This document shows positions 25,601 to 37,962 of a stretch of DNA of 64,000 nt, one piece after another. Under the pieces are notes generated by a model. It did not search any database. It was not told the DNA's origin and saw only the letters and a program-made list of their open reading frames with translations. Positions within the stretch are counted from its first letter, which is position 1, and every line of letters begins with the position of its first letter. The stretch comes from Azolla caroliniana. Its lineage: Eukaryota > Plantae > Polypodiophyta. The DNA is taken from assembly GCA_043228905.1 (NCBI GenBank), contig JBHGNT010000001.1, positions 18,290,001 to 18,354,000 of the forward strand, in the 5' to 3' direction. A program made the translations under genes and the position numbers.

Positions 25601-27272
25601 AGAGATATCCTCTCAGAGAGAGAAGGCTCCCCCGGAGATTTCTGGATGCAGACCATGTACTGCTCACTGATGAGGGGGAGCCAGAAAGATTCCAGGAAGC
25701 TAAAAGTGACGCCCATAGCTGCAAATGGTTAAGTGCCATGCATGATAAGATGGATTCCCTGCATGAGAACCATACGTACGAATTGGTGGAGTTGCCGAAA
25801 GGAAAGCGGGCACTCCGAAACAAGTGGGTGTACAAGTTGAAACCGTGAGATGCCGACAATCCCCCGAGATACAAAGCCAGGATCGTGGTGAAGGGGTTCT
25901 AGCAGAAGAAGGGCGTCAACTTCGATGAGATATTTGCCCCGGTAGTAAAGATGACCTCCATCCGGATGGTGTTGAGTATAGCGGCAAGCATGGACCTCGA
26001 GGTAGAGCAGTCGGAGTGGTGAGCCGGTTTATGAGCCATCCCGGCAAGGACCACTGGAACGCGATCAAATGGATACTCCGGTATTGTAAGGGCACTTCAA
26101 ATATGTGTCTCCGATTCGGCTCCGGTAAACCTCAACTTGACGGTTTTACTGATTCAGACATGTCGGCTGATGTGGATACCAGTCGGTCTACATCCGGTTA
26201 TGTAATGACATAAGCAGGGGGAGCTGTTTCGTGGCAGTCGAGGCTGCAAAAGACGGTTGTGTTGTCAACCACGAAGGCGGAGGACATGGCAGCTGTGGAA
26301 GCCGACAAGGAAATATTATGGATGAAGGACTTCATCGGAGAGCTCGGTATCCGGCAAGATGAATACCGGCTCTATTGCGACAGTCAAAGTGCCATCCACC
26401 TTGCTAAGAATGCGCCTACCATTCCCGAACGAAGCATATCCAGCGAAGGTATCCTTGGATCCGGGAAAGAGTAGATGACCAGGAGTTCGCACTGACGAAC
26501 ATCCACACGGCCGAGAACGGGTCAGATATGCTAACCAAAGTACTGATACCTGACAAGTTGGAAGCATGCCGAGAGCGGATCGGACTAGTAAGACATCCCA
26601 TGCCGGAGTGAAGGGGGAGTTTGTTAGGAAACAGGTCCTTCCGGATGGGAGTTGAGAAGAACAGTACTAATGAGCAAACTCGGTGCTGACCCGGTGAGAA
26701 CCGGATGAGGAGTACCCAGAAACGGAGGACCTGGTGAGAACCGGATGATAAGTGCCCGGCAAGTGTCGGATGATGCAGGCCCGGTGAGGAGTGCTCACCG
26801 GATGAAGGGACATATTCGTAAATATGTTTCTGAGAGTCCATCGGGGCTATATTCGTAAATAGCCGAAAAGTCATATTAGTATAAATATGACTTAGGGCAA
26901 ACTTAGATATGTTGTTGTCATTCTTGTTGGCGAAAAAAAAATTAGAGCGTAACAGTGTACAAAGAGAGAGAGAGAGAGAGAGAGAAAGAAACGAAGAGGT
27001 CGTTGCCTCTGTTGTAACCGCCGCTTGTGGCGAAGATCGTGAGCACGAGGTTGTTGCCTCCATGAGCTCACTGTTGTAATCATTGTGATATAGTGATAGT
27101 TTGCAGTTTGTGGGCTGCCATGGTTTTTCCCGTATTTCGGTTTTCCACGTAAACATCCTGTGTACTCTTCTCTCCATTGTGTCGTGCATTCATTCCTTGT
27201 TTTTCTGTGTTTTATGATGCTAAGCTCGGTTGTGGACGAGCGTTGTTCACTGAGAGTGCGTAATTCTTGTCA
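22628..27272 (+). mobile_element. Inner Ty1/copia element with both LTRs (22628-23238, 26622-27272); central RT deleted
   Basis: TGTTAGG..TGTCA LTRs; PBS TGGTATCAGAGC at 23242; PPT GAAGGGGGAG; TSD TCTAA/CCCAA. gag (CFYCGKRGHFQKNC), PR (WVVDS), INT, an RT jump DLEVEQ->VGVVSRFM at ~26010, then RNaseH. Confidence 0.95.
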
Positions 27273-28285
27273 CCCAATACATAGTGAGGGAAAGAACATT
27301 GACAATTACTTAAATGATGTGTAGAGACCTGAAGGACATTAGGAATTTGACCTTTATGGTCTGCAGGTTTAGCTTTGTTGTCGTGCTCTTTCCGTTGGAT
27401 CTTTCGACATTGATCTTTTGTATGACCCTTCTTTTTGCAGAATACGCAAAAAGGATGTTCCTGCTTACAATCGCGATCCATGATTTCGTTGGATGTCTTG
27501 TGTTTCCCAGTGAATTGCGACTGCTTAGTCCCGGGCTCTTCGTTGGGTTTGTTGTGGTCCTTCTCCGAAGTGCGTTGATAGCGAAGAACTATTTCAATGG
27601 CCTCTTCAAAGGATTTTGGATCCTTATCGTGCACTATCCAGTGATAGTCCGAATTGGGGATGCCATTGACAAAACAAGCTATTAACCAGTTGTCCCCTTC
27701 TAGACCCGATTTTTGGATTTGGATTCTAACATGGTGGACATAGTCTTCTAGCGAGGAAAATTTCCGACTAGAGAGGTTCATTAAAGCTTGTGTTGCCTCG
27801 GTTTCGAGAGGGAGGTTGCAGAAATTGGCCCTTCAAAACTGTGACAAAATCTGTCTAGGTATTGGGCAATTTCCCCAAAGTACGGAGCCCACGCCACCAG
27901 GCGGCGGCCTTACCCCCTAGTTCTCGGCCGACATATGCAATCTTCGTACTATTTGGTGTGGGATAGAGCTCAAAATGAGACTCCCATCGGCCCAGCCACA
28001 TGAGATTGCTTCTTCGGTTCTTTCCTTTTTGTCTCCCGTAAATGGCTTAACGACAAACAATGGTTCACCTTGTCGCTCATTAGGTCTATTAGTCTCACGT
28101 TGTAGACTAATGACACGTGCCTCGAGAGAACTTTGAGATTGCCGAAGTTCGGTCATCTATTGAGCAGTGAAACTAAGGTATTGGGTTATTTGCGAAAAAT
28201 ACATCTCAATGGACATTTGTCCAGGAGGATTCCCTTGAGTTCCTTCCGCTTGAGCGGATGACATCGGGTCATTATTTTGAGCCAT
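27273..28285 (-). pseudogene. gag: Chromovirus gag
   Basis: MAQNNDP...VKPFTGD...IACFVNGI...CCHC zinc knuckle. Confidence 0.85.
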
Positions 28286-31200
28286 TAAATGATTATTTAT
28301 GAAAAAGAAATAGGATAAGGTCAGTGAGATAGTCATAACATCATGTCGTGATGTAAACATATCATGGGCAAACATTAATCAATATCATGATCTCACGTCA
28401 ATACCCCTCTAGACGTATGAGATGAGGTTCAAGATCAAGTTACTATGGTAACACAAAGGTGTTTTAAAAACCATGAGGGTGATAATTTAATGTCTTTCCC
28501 TGATCTCTATATCGATTTTTTCATGGCGGTTCCCCGAGGCTCAACCATGTATGTTCGCGTCATGAATCGTTTATACACGAAAAAAATGTTAACAATAAAC
28601 TATGTTTTAGTGCCCACATATGTGGTTTTGGCTCTTTAAGTCCTATTACGAGGACCCCGAAGTGCACTTAGACCTCAACTCTAAACATGTGTTATAATCA
28701 TATGTATCAACGATAGTTTAATGTTTCATGCTTATAAGAGATATGCGGGGCATTTGCCCATATATGTTTTTTTAAAAGAAACATATATGTCAAGAGTCCT
28801 TATTTCGCCCTCATTTACTACAACTATGTTGGTACGTTACCTAACCTCAAGTCTCGTAATTATGATGGCATACGCCGAAGTGCAACCTAATGGTCAAGCC
28901 AAATGAGCCCTCTTTTCGTAGTAGGCCCACGTGGCCCATCACATGGTCACGTCATTACGAATGCCTCTCGTAAGAATGATCTCATGGTGGCATCGTATCC
29001 ATGTACTGAGGGAGGGATGTTGGATACGTGTGTCATAAGAGCGGCCTCACATGAAGTGGGTCAAACCCTACATACTCAACATCATTATGGCTATTGGCGT
29101 TTCTTTACGTAACGAAATATCGAAGTCACCAACAGGGATTTCAACAATAAAAAATTGTTGAAAAAAGGGATGGTGACTACACGATTCTCACAAAAATGTG
29201 AGGATGGCCACCAAGAACCTTTCCCCGAAAAGCTTAAAATCACGTAATAACTTATATACACATATGTATATTATCACATATATACGATCAACTACGTATA
29301 CACGTGACCATATATGCCTATATTAAAGAAATCATTATATTTAATAGCCAAAAATGACGTAATCGAGATACGTAATCAAGGCATATATCTCTACGCACAC
29401 GAGACAACCAAAAATAAGGGTTCAACGTAATACGCAATTGAGGTATTGACCTCTTATGCATACGAGACCAAACACATATCATTTACAACAAAAGCTAGGT
29501 GTTGACCTCATACGCAAACGTAACATATGTTCGTGAACGTAATACGTAATTGAGGTATTAACCTCGTACGCATACGACACTCATCACATATTATTTATAT
29601 GTCAAATGAGGTATTGACCTCGTGCACATATGTAAGCGTTTTAGACAACCAATTAAATACCACTACAACATCATTTAATTAATGAAAATAATCTACATAT
29701 TAACCATACACATGATTAGATGGGAGAAAAAAAAATAGACAAAAAAATAACAAGAAAGATTACCGAAGTTCCTTGTTGATCCTTGTCTGCATGAAGGCCA
29801 ACCGCACAACGATAGATCGCCATCCATCGAGAAGATAAGACCAACAAAAGAAACATTAGTACACAGGCTCGGATACCAAATATTAGAGACATGTACTAAA
29901 GTAAGCATTAGATAAGGATAGATCTAGATAGATAGAAAGAAAGGAGAGACAGAAAGAAGGGTGTCGATCCACCCGACCACCCCCGAGGGAAGGGATTGAG
30001 ACGGACTCGAGCCTTGATCGGCGTCCCATACCACTTTCGTGGCGTCGAGTTGTACCTGGTGCTGGCACGCTTTGCTACAAGAGTTGACCCACCACAAGAT
30101 AGAGTCTCGACGTAGTCAACAAGATCCTGAAATGAGGGTAGCTAGGCCTCTATTTATAGCGATACCCAAGGCCCCCAACCATGTTCACACTTGGCCTAAT
30201 GGGTTGTCTCAATCCCAAGGATTTAAAAGTAATCCTCCCCTTCTTTACACTCTCGTTTAACCCTCACACTTATCCACGTGTATAGAATACTACGGTAAAT
30301 TCACCACGGGATATTATATGGTCATGCTCGTAACAATTCAACTGTGCTGAATCGGTGGATTCAGGACGAGAGGTGTCGGTTACCTATGAAACTAATCTCG
30401 TGTTGTGGGTTGGGCCTTCATGAAAGGTTGGCACTTCCGAAAATATTACGCTTCGAACTTCAATAGGCCTTTCAGTTGTTTTATGCATAGCCGACTCGTT
30501 GAACACGATGTCCGAACTTCGGACGATTTGTCTGTGCTCGGGGTCCCAGAGTCGGTATTTGATCTCACCGTTGGGTCCATATCCAAGGAAAATGCATTTC
30601 CTTTCACGTCGAATGCCGCGTTCCCGGCAAAATTTGACGAATTCGTCAGACTTGAATTCTCCTCCATTGTCGGTTCGAAGACATTTTAGTTTCCGACCAG
30701 TTTGGTTTTCGACCATTGCAAGCCATTTGGAGAAGATCGAGAACACCCGGATCTTTGGTTCGAATGGGGTAAGCCCACACCTTTCGAGTCGAGTCGTCAA
30801 TAAAATTGACGAAGTACGAAGCACCGCCGAGAGACTAATGTGGCATCGAGCCACAGACGTTCGAGTGGACCAAATCGAGGGTACTCGATTCTCTTGGTGC
30901 TGATGTCGGGTGTGATGCGGCTACCTGTTTGCCGTACTAGCAATGCTCGCAGAATTGGTGATCCGAGAAGGAGAGCTTGGGGATGTAACCGGCTCTGGAT
31001 AGGTGCATTATGCCGGCCTTGCTGAGGTGCCCAAGTCGTCCGTGCCATAACGATGACAGGGGGATATCAACCAAAAATAAGTCACCCTCTTTGAGTGTGA
31101 CAAGGGTACAAAGAGTGTACCTTTGGTCCTCGAGCAAGCAGGAGGTTCCCTTTGTGGAGTGTCCACCCTCCTGATGAGAACCCGGCACGGATGCCGGCTT

Positions 31201-31881
31201 CATCAAGTTGTCCGACTGAGATCAAGGGTCTTGAAAGCTCAAGAACATTTCAGACATTGTGTAATACGAGTGTAGAGCCACCCGGAAGGTTGAGCTCTAC
31301 GGTGCCGATTTCGATTATGGCGCAGTGTTGCGAGTTCCCGACTTGGACTGAGTCGGAGTGCCGGTCCGAGTATTGCCGAAATTGAGATCGGTGAGGTGTC
31401 ACATGATACGATGCACCCGAGTCCAGGAGCCATGTGCTCGATTCCTCAATCGTAAGCAGAACTTTGATTCGACTCGGTTCTCTATGGACAGTATGTTCAG
31501 GTCGGTTGTCAAAATTTCAGCTGAAGAGCCAACGTAGTTGACCTCCTCATGCTGACTACTCTTCTGATCCACTCTCTGAGTTTTGTAAGTTTTTGCTTTG
31601 AGTGCCCGACAGTCGGCTTTGATGTGTCCCGGTTTCTTGTAGTAGTTGCAGATTCATTTGTCCCGGGACTTGCTCCAGCTTCGTTGATTGTTCGGCGGTT
31701 GGGAATAACTTTCTCCCCGATTGTTCGATCGGTCAACCGAACCTTGTAATACGTAAGCTTCATCTACCGAGTCTTTGGCGAAAGACTTTCTCCGAGCTGC
31801 TTCAGTCAGGATTGCGCTCGTGATTTCGGAATACTTAATGGCAGTTGTTGAAGCATTGCACACAGTTGTGACGAAAGTTTC

Positions 31882-32357
31882 TCAAGAAGAGGGGAGAGTA
31901 CTCATGAGTATCATTGCTCTGAGTTCATCCTCTATTGCTGTCCCCTGAGACGATATTTGGGAGCTTAGGCTTTCGTACTCGTTGAGGTGTGTCTGAACCG
32001 AATCAGATTCTTTCATCTGCAAGTTGTAGAGGCGCCAGATCAGATACATCTTCGTTGCGGCAACCTTCTTTTCATAAGTTTTCGACAGTGTTTTCCAAAG
32101 TTCAAAAGCTGTCGAGCATGATTGCATTGTGAAGTACACTGACTCCGACAAGTGCATCTGAATCGTGGCACAGATGATTCTGTCCAGCTTTAGGCACTCG
32201 TTTGCCTTGTATGCTTGTGCAGGATTTTCATTCTCAATCGGCTCTATCTGACCCTTGACTATGAGATAGTCCTGCATTTGTTCCTTCCAGAAGTTGAAGT
32301 TCGAACCGTCGAACCTCCTTAGACTCATCTCCGATGAGCCGGATGTTGATGCCATAT
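31882..32357 (-). pseudogene. gag: Copia gag N-terminal part
   Basis: RFDGSNFNFWKEQMQDYL...LYNLQMKESDSVQTHLNEY. Confidence 0.88.
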
Positions 32358-34029
32358 GATTCGGTTTCGGTTGGTAAGACTCCGTTCGGAGTTGACTGGG
32401 AGCCTTAGTTGGGTGCAACTGGTCGGCTCACCCGATATCGTTCTAGTCGGTCTTGAACCGGAGTCAGTTTGGTTTCAAATACTTGTTTGCTAAACCTTCT
32501 TGGAGTGACTCTAGTTAGCTTCCAATTGTATGCCGAATACCGATCACAAGAAACTGATTGTTTAGGCAGATTCTGCTTCGGATGACTACAGCGATGAGAG
32601 GGACGGATCCAACTGATCCTCCCGAATGTCGATCAGCAAATGAAGCACGAATTTGGTTGTTGCCTGGACACCAATCTCAAGTGGTTACAATCACAGGAAC
32701 AGAGTATAGCCGGCTAGCTTACTCCAATGAGTGATTTAACATAGTGAGATGCAGACTTCTTGTTTTTCTTCTCTCTTCTCTGTTCTTCAAGAAAAACAGA
32801 AACAGAGTGTTGTGTGGTGTACTATGACGGCCGACAGCGGGTTGAAGAACCTCCAACGCTCTGATACCAAATGTTGTGGACAAGGTTGTCAGTGCGGAAG
32901 AACAAACAACATCTATGATGTTGAAGGACATGTGTATGAGAATGAACAAGATGCACAGAGAGAGAGAGAGAGAGATAGGCACAAAGAAACATTTTATTTC
33001 TTGATAGCAACAGTTAAAAACAACAACCAACCAACCAACCAACCTTATACTAAGGGTTACAAAGTCACTTTATATAGTGACTATCCTAGGGCAACTGCCC
33101 TTTATGCTATTTACAGAAATAGCCCAAACTTGGGCTGTCCAAAGGGACAGTGTCAATACAGCCATTATACGCTCGTATTCAACAAACGTGAATCAGATGC
33201 CAGAATCAGATGAATCATAGTCATGGTGATCCTCATAATCAGATGAATCATAGTCATGGACCATGGTGACCCTCAGAAGCAAAAACATAATCAGAGTCAT
33301 CACGATGATGGCAGTGATTAGAACAATAGGAAGAATCTAAGGAGGACAAAGAGAAGAAAGATAAATGGTCTTGGGAATACTGCCATAGAAGTTGAAGCTT
33401 TAGCTCATAACACATGTCACTCTCTTGCTCTCTCTCCCTCTTTCTCTCTCTTTCTAATGTTTAGTACTTTAATAATTTCTAAAGTATTGAAACTTGATTT
33501 CTAATGTTAGTACTTTAATAATTTCTAAAGTATTGAAACTTGATGACATGTGATTCAATCAATACCATTCTTATATATCCAATCCAACGTTGAGATTATT
33601 TACCATACATGTATGATTGAATCATTCTCGAATGCAAATGCACGTATGATACATATGGTTCATTCTATGGTTATACCTCTAGTGGTTTTGGGTAATGTTT
33701 CCTAATTGTGTGTGCATTACTATGTGGCACTTGATGAAGCATTTCTAGGAATTTGCATATGATGTTTAATGTTCATTTATAATTTTGCGAGTCATCAATT
33801 GTAAAGACGGTCATTGAACCCTTCTAGGATTAGAAACTATGTGTGCATGTATATTTTATATGTAAGGGTATTTAAAATGAGTGGAAAAATATATTGGTAA
33901 TAAGAGGTATTTTTATTAATATTTTTTCTAGAAAATGGTCACTAAAATAGTTAAAAACATACGTATAAGGGGTTTATAAATGATGTAATGAATGCACGTG
34001 ATACAACCTTCTTATATATAGTGGAGTCC

Positions 34030-34285
34030 CCGGGAATTATGCACGTGATGCTAGCTTAAAACTACTACGAGCAATTGTACACATGAATGTATACTAGATA
34101 TGTTGGTTAACATATAACACTCGAATATAACAATAGAACCTGTTGGTACGCATGCATGTGCCAAGTGTAAATAATACAAGGGAGCAATTATGCACATGAT
34201 GCTAGTTTAAAACTACAAGGACATTTGTACACATGATTGTATACTAGATATGCTAGTTAACACATAACACTTGATTATAACACGA
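34030..34285. repeat. ~150-bp degenerate tandem duplication
   Basis: AATTATGCAC(G/A)TGATGCTAG..TGTACACATG..TATACTAGATATG occurs twice. Confidence 0.7.
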
Positions 34286-34288
34286 TCA

Positions 34289-34850
34289 TGTCAAGAGTTC
34301 GAATGTTGACATGACCGTGACAAAAGACCTAAAGGAAGGTGAATCGGGGATAGCCAGTTCAGTTGCATTGAAGTAAATGTCATTACTTCATGACAACCCC
34401 ATCAAATGAGCTTGTATAACATTTGAGTTGTTTGTACAGAGCATTAAGCTTTCTTGTAATAGAAGTTTGCTCACCCTTCCCTTACCCTGTGTTTACCTAA
34501 TTGTAACTAACTGTGTACTCAGTGTCTTCCACATGTTTCCTTTTAAGGTTATCATCCATCACATGTAATGCATGAGCGCCAAATGGTGATCATGCATCAC
34601 ATGCATTTCATGCAATATATGCATGTCTTGTACCCTCACATGCATCGTATACATGGGGGCATCTATATAAGAAAGGAAGACAAAAGGGGGAGGGGAGGTA
34701 TGTATGAATCAAGAAATTAATAATAAAAACTTAGCTATCTTATTGGTAATGTGTCTTTTCTTTTAAAATGGAAGTCGAGGGTTCAAAACCTTAATAATAA
34801 TGAACTTTTTTTCCTTAATCTTCTTCTTATCCTTCATCTTTTCAACTATA

Positions 34851-34888
<38 letters not shown>

Positions 34889-37800
34889 TTGCTTTCTCAC
34901 TTATGCTAGTAAGAACATTGAGTCCTTCCAGTGTAGGACCCCGACAATCCCACTTCATTTCACGAACACAAGAGGATTTACTCGACATATTTCTTGGTGA
35001 ACCCGCCGTGAACGAAGTAGTAGGAAGGATGAAGGCGAGGATCGACTGATAATTGGAGATGGCATCCTCAAGCAATCAAGTAGGAGCATTCGAAAGAATG
35101 ATGATAATCGTCCAACAAATTATGAGATCCCTAGATAATCATGCGAGCATGGAGAAGGTTGTCGACTGCGTAGTGGAGGTCATGGGTCCATTTAATGGAC
35201 GGAACATTAAAAAGTTCCCTAATGAATACAAAAGGGAGATGAATCAAAGGGACGTGTTTGAAGCACGCTAAATCTCGAGTTTCAAACAAGTTGTCGCCAA
35301 CAACATTCAAAGAAGGGTCATCGAGCTTCAAGAAGGGAAGGCAACGTAACGTGGTTTGAGCTCAACAAAGTAATATTAACGGAGTTCAAGACCGAGGATT
35401 TGTCAAGGATGACTCGACATGTCTTGATGAAATAGAAAGAGAAGAAAAATAAAAAGATGAGTGCGTCGAGCGTATACGACGAGTTCTACTAGATGTTTGG
35501 TCGTATCCCCACCTCACACCAAGCGTTGTTTGGGGAGGACAAGACATTGTATTTCCTGAAAGCTATGAATGTGAAGGATAGACGAGAATTGGGGGCTATC
35601 CTAGAAGATGATACCCAAGCAAACGAACTTGAGACAGACTGGATTGCGGTGAAGCGAGCGTGAAACAGGCTCGACAAGCGTCGTCAATGGCTTGATGACA
35701 CTGACTTGGCAAGGCCGGGGGTAGAAAAAATGAGACCAACCAAACTGTCAGAGCTGCTTAAACAAAGCAACCCAGATGAAAAGAGTATTTGATAATGATA
35801 TCATTGAAAAATTAGGGAAGAAGTTTGAAATAGTCATGCTAGCGAACATGTATCGTCGAGGGCCAAAAGGCTAAGAACCCTTCAGATGTGTGTGGTGTGA
35901 TAGCGTGAACCACATGAGAAGGGATAGTGCAAGCCTAAGTGAGGCCATTCGACAAAATATTGTATACCTAGATGACAACATGATCTGTTGTAGTGAAACT
36001 AGAAGAAAGCTATGGAAGATGTTGAAGCGACTCACGTGGATGCAATGCACTATGTTGCACCTGCCAGAATAAGAGTCGGAAAAGATAAAAATGAAGCTTC
36101 TAGAATGGGAACAAGGTTTTGGTCTATTGTTCTCGAGTATGAGAAGAAGAGGAAAGTTACTTCGGACAAGGTAGAGTTTGCGGACAAAAGTGTGCAAAGT
36201 AGGACCGGATGGTAGGATCTGGTGAATGACAATACCATACTCGTGGAAGTTATGTGCAATAACCATGAGGTGCCCGTGGATGAAAAGAGAAAAAGAATGG
36301 AAGGGCAATACAGTCCGTCAAAAAGACATGAAACAAGGAGTACAAAAAAGAAGGAAGATGAAGAAACAAGTCGAGCTTTACGGACGAAAGTTGGGAAGTT
36401 AGGCCAAAAAGGGGAGTCGAGCAAACGAGTTGAAGAAACAGTTCAACCCATGAGCGTTCATGTCGAAGTCCTCGATAAGAAGGGGAGAACTATGCCTACC
36501 TATATAATCTATGGTAAGACATAGAACAAACGAAAGATTTAACAAGATTCTCAAAGAATGTGTTCTTGATAGCCATGTGACCTTGTCCTTCAGGGTATTG
36601 CTCGGCATTATGAAAAAGGAGTTCCATAATACGCGTGTGGACCTCGTAAAGAGAAAAAGGCAACACTCAGACGAGGACGAAGAGAAACCACAAAAAACAA
36701 AAGCAAATGCCATAACGACGACAAGGGACGAAGTCAATAAAGATATGGAGGACAACCAATATACTCGACCTCAATGGGCACAAGCGACAACATAGGCACA
36801 AGTAAAGTTGGCAGAAAGAAAAGAAACAGTGGTAGTATTAATAGACTATGGGTTCGATATCAATCTTATGTCAACCGAGGTCTACAATAAGGGAAGATGG
36901 CCCCTAAATATAAATCATGGGAGAAAGATTTGTGTGGCAACGAATGCTATTGAAGACCTGTATGACACATGTCCTAGTATCCCTATCACGATTGGCAATG
37001 TTGAGATAGTTCAACATTCTTTTGTTCAAGACTCGGCATCCCATCCTATTATTCTAGGACAAACATACATAACATCGTCCCGGATGTAAACCAAAGTGTT
37101 CAACAATGGTGTGGCATTGGCTCAACCAAAGTCTTGACGGGAAGAAGCCTATCGAGTTCTTGATTGTACGTGCCAACCACGAAAGGAACCGGGATAGGTT
37201 TGGTCGACCGTTAAGTCATAAACAAGGAGTGTGGAATGGTGTGCCATTGGTGTATAACATGGAGAGGGAGAAGCTTAAGATTAAAATAGGACAAAGATAC
37301 TAATGAGGATTAGAAAAAAATCAATACTACTACACTAACATTATGAGAGAGAGAGAGACTCAATTAAATTTATAATTACTATTAATTATTAGACCTAAAA
37401 ATTCCTAAAAAATTAGAGACATAGTGAGAGAGGATTAGTTATAAATTGTTAATTAGGAGTTTTAGACCATGAGGTCAATACAAGAAGTGCGAGCGGTATA
37501 CAATCGGTGGGTGTTTGTGAGAGGGAGAGGGAGTAACTATTAAAGAATACAAATGTGTGTGTGGGTGAGAGAGAGAGAGAGAGATAAATATGTACAAAGT
37601 TTAGAGAGAGAGGGAGATATACTAAAGACTAATTTATATTAAGAAACTTAAAAGGTAATACAAAGAAATGGTCGATGTGGCGAACTAGTTTCGCTCCTAA
37701 GGAGCTCATCAATGCTCATGACCATGTAGAATTTGAGGGGTTTTTATAGGGAAGAAAAGGGATGAGAGAGAGAGAGATACACTAAAAACTAATTCATATT

Positions 37801-37921
37801 AAGAAACTTAAAATGTAATACAAAGAAATGGCTGATGTGGCAAACTAGTTTCGCTCCTAAGGACCCCATCAATGCACATGACCATGTAGAATTTGAGGGT
37901 TTTATATAGGGAAGAAAAGGG

Positions 37922-37962
<41 letters not shown>

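Larger units (their letters stand above)
18758..30335 (-). mobile_element. Ty3/gypsy chromovirus with both LTRs (18758-19214, 29881-30335), nested in the outer copia
   Basis: Near-identical LTRs; PBS TGGTATCCGAGC (29867-29878, minus strand); PPT at 19215; TSD ATTTG/ATTCA. gag has CVFCKKKGHTKDQC, protease LFDSGSSHNF, RT IFLDDIL; RNaseH, integrase, GPF motif and chromodomain (..WMDKSIKDATWE) follow. Confidence 0.95.
16547..33184 (-). mobile_element. Outer Ty1/copia element with both LTRs (16547-16851, 32872-33184), internally deleted
   Basis: Paired TGTTG..CA LTRs; TSD GACGT/AACGT; iMet PBS (GCTCTGATACCA, ~32858-32869); PPT at 16852. gag 32357-31880, zinc knuckle ~31600, protease WLLDSGAS, integrase 30900-30450, RT 18620-17415. 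Confidence 0.93.
16140..33440 (+). pseudogene. His/Gln-rich low-complexity coding-like relic (16140-16546 + 33185-33440) split by the nested insertion
   Basis: AHDRGEDKGGDPYS..QEHHDHEQEE lies left of the LTR; NQMNHSHGDPH..QKQKHNQSHHDDG..RRTKRRK lies right of it. Stops fall at Gln-like positions (TAG/TAA). Confidence 0.4.

Noticed and set aside
26416-27189. 257-aa minus-strand ORF
   Set aside because: It lies antisense across an LTR and is interrupted in the sister LTRs.
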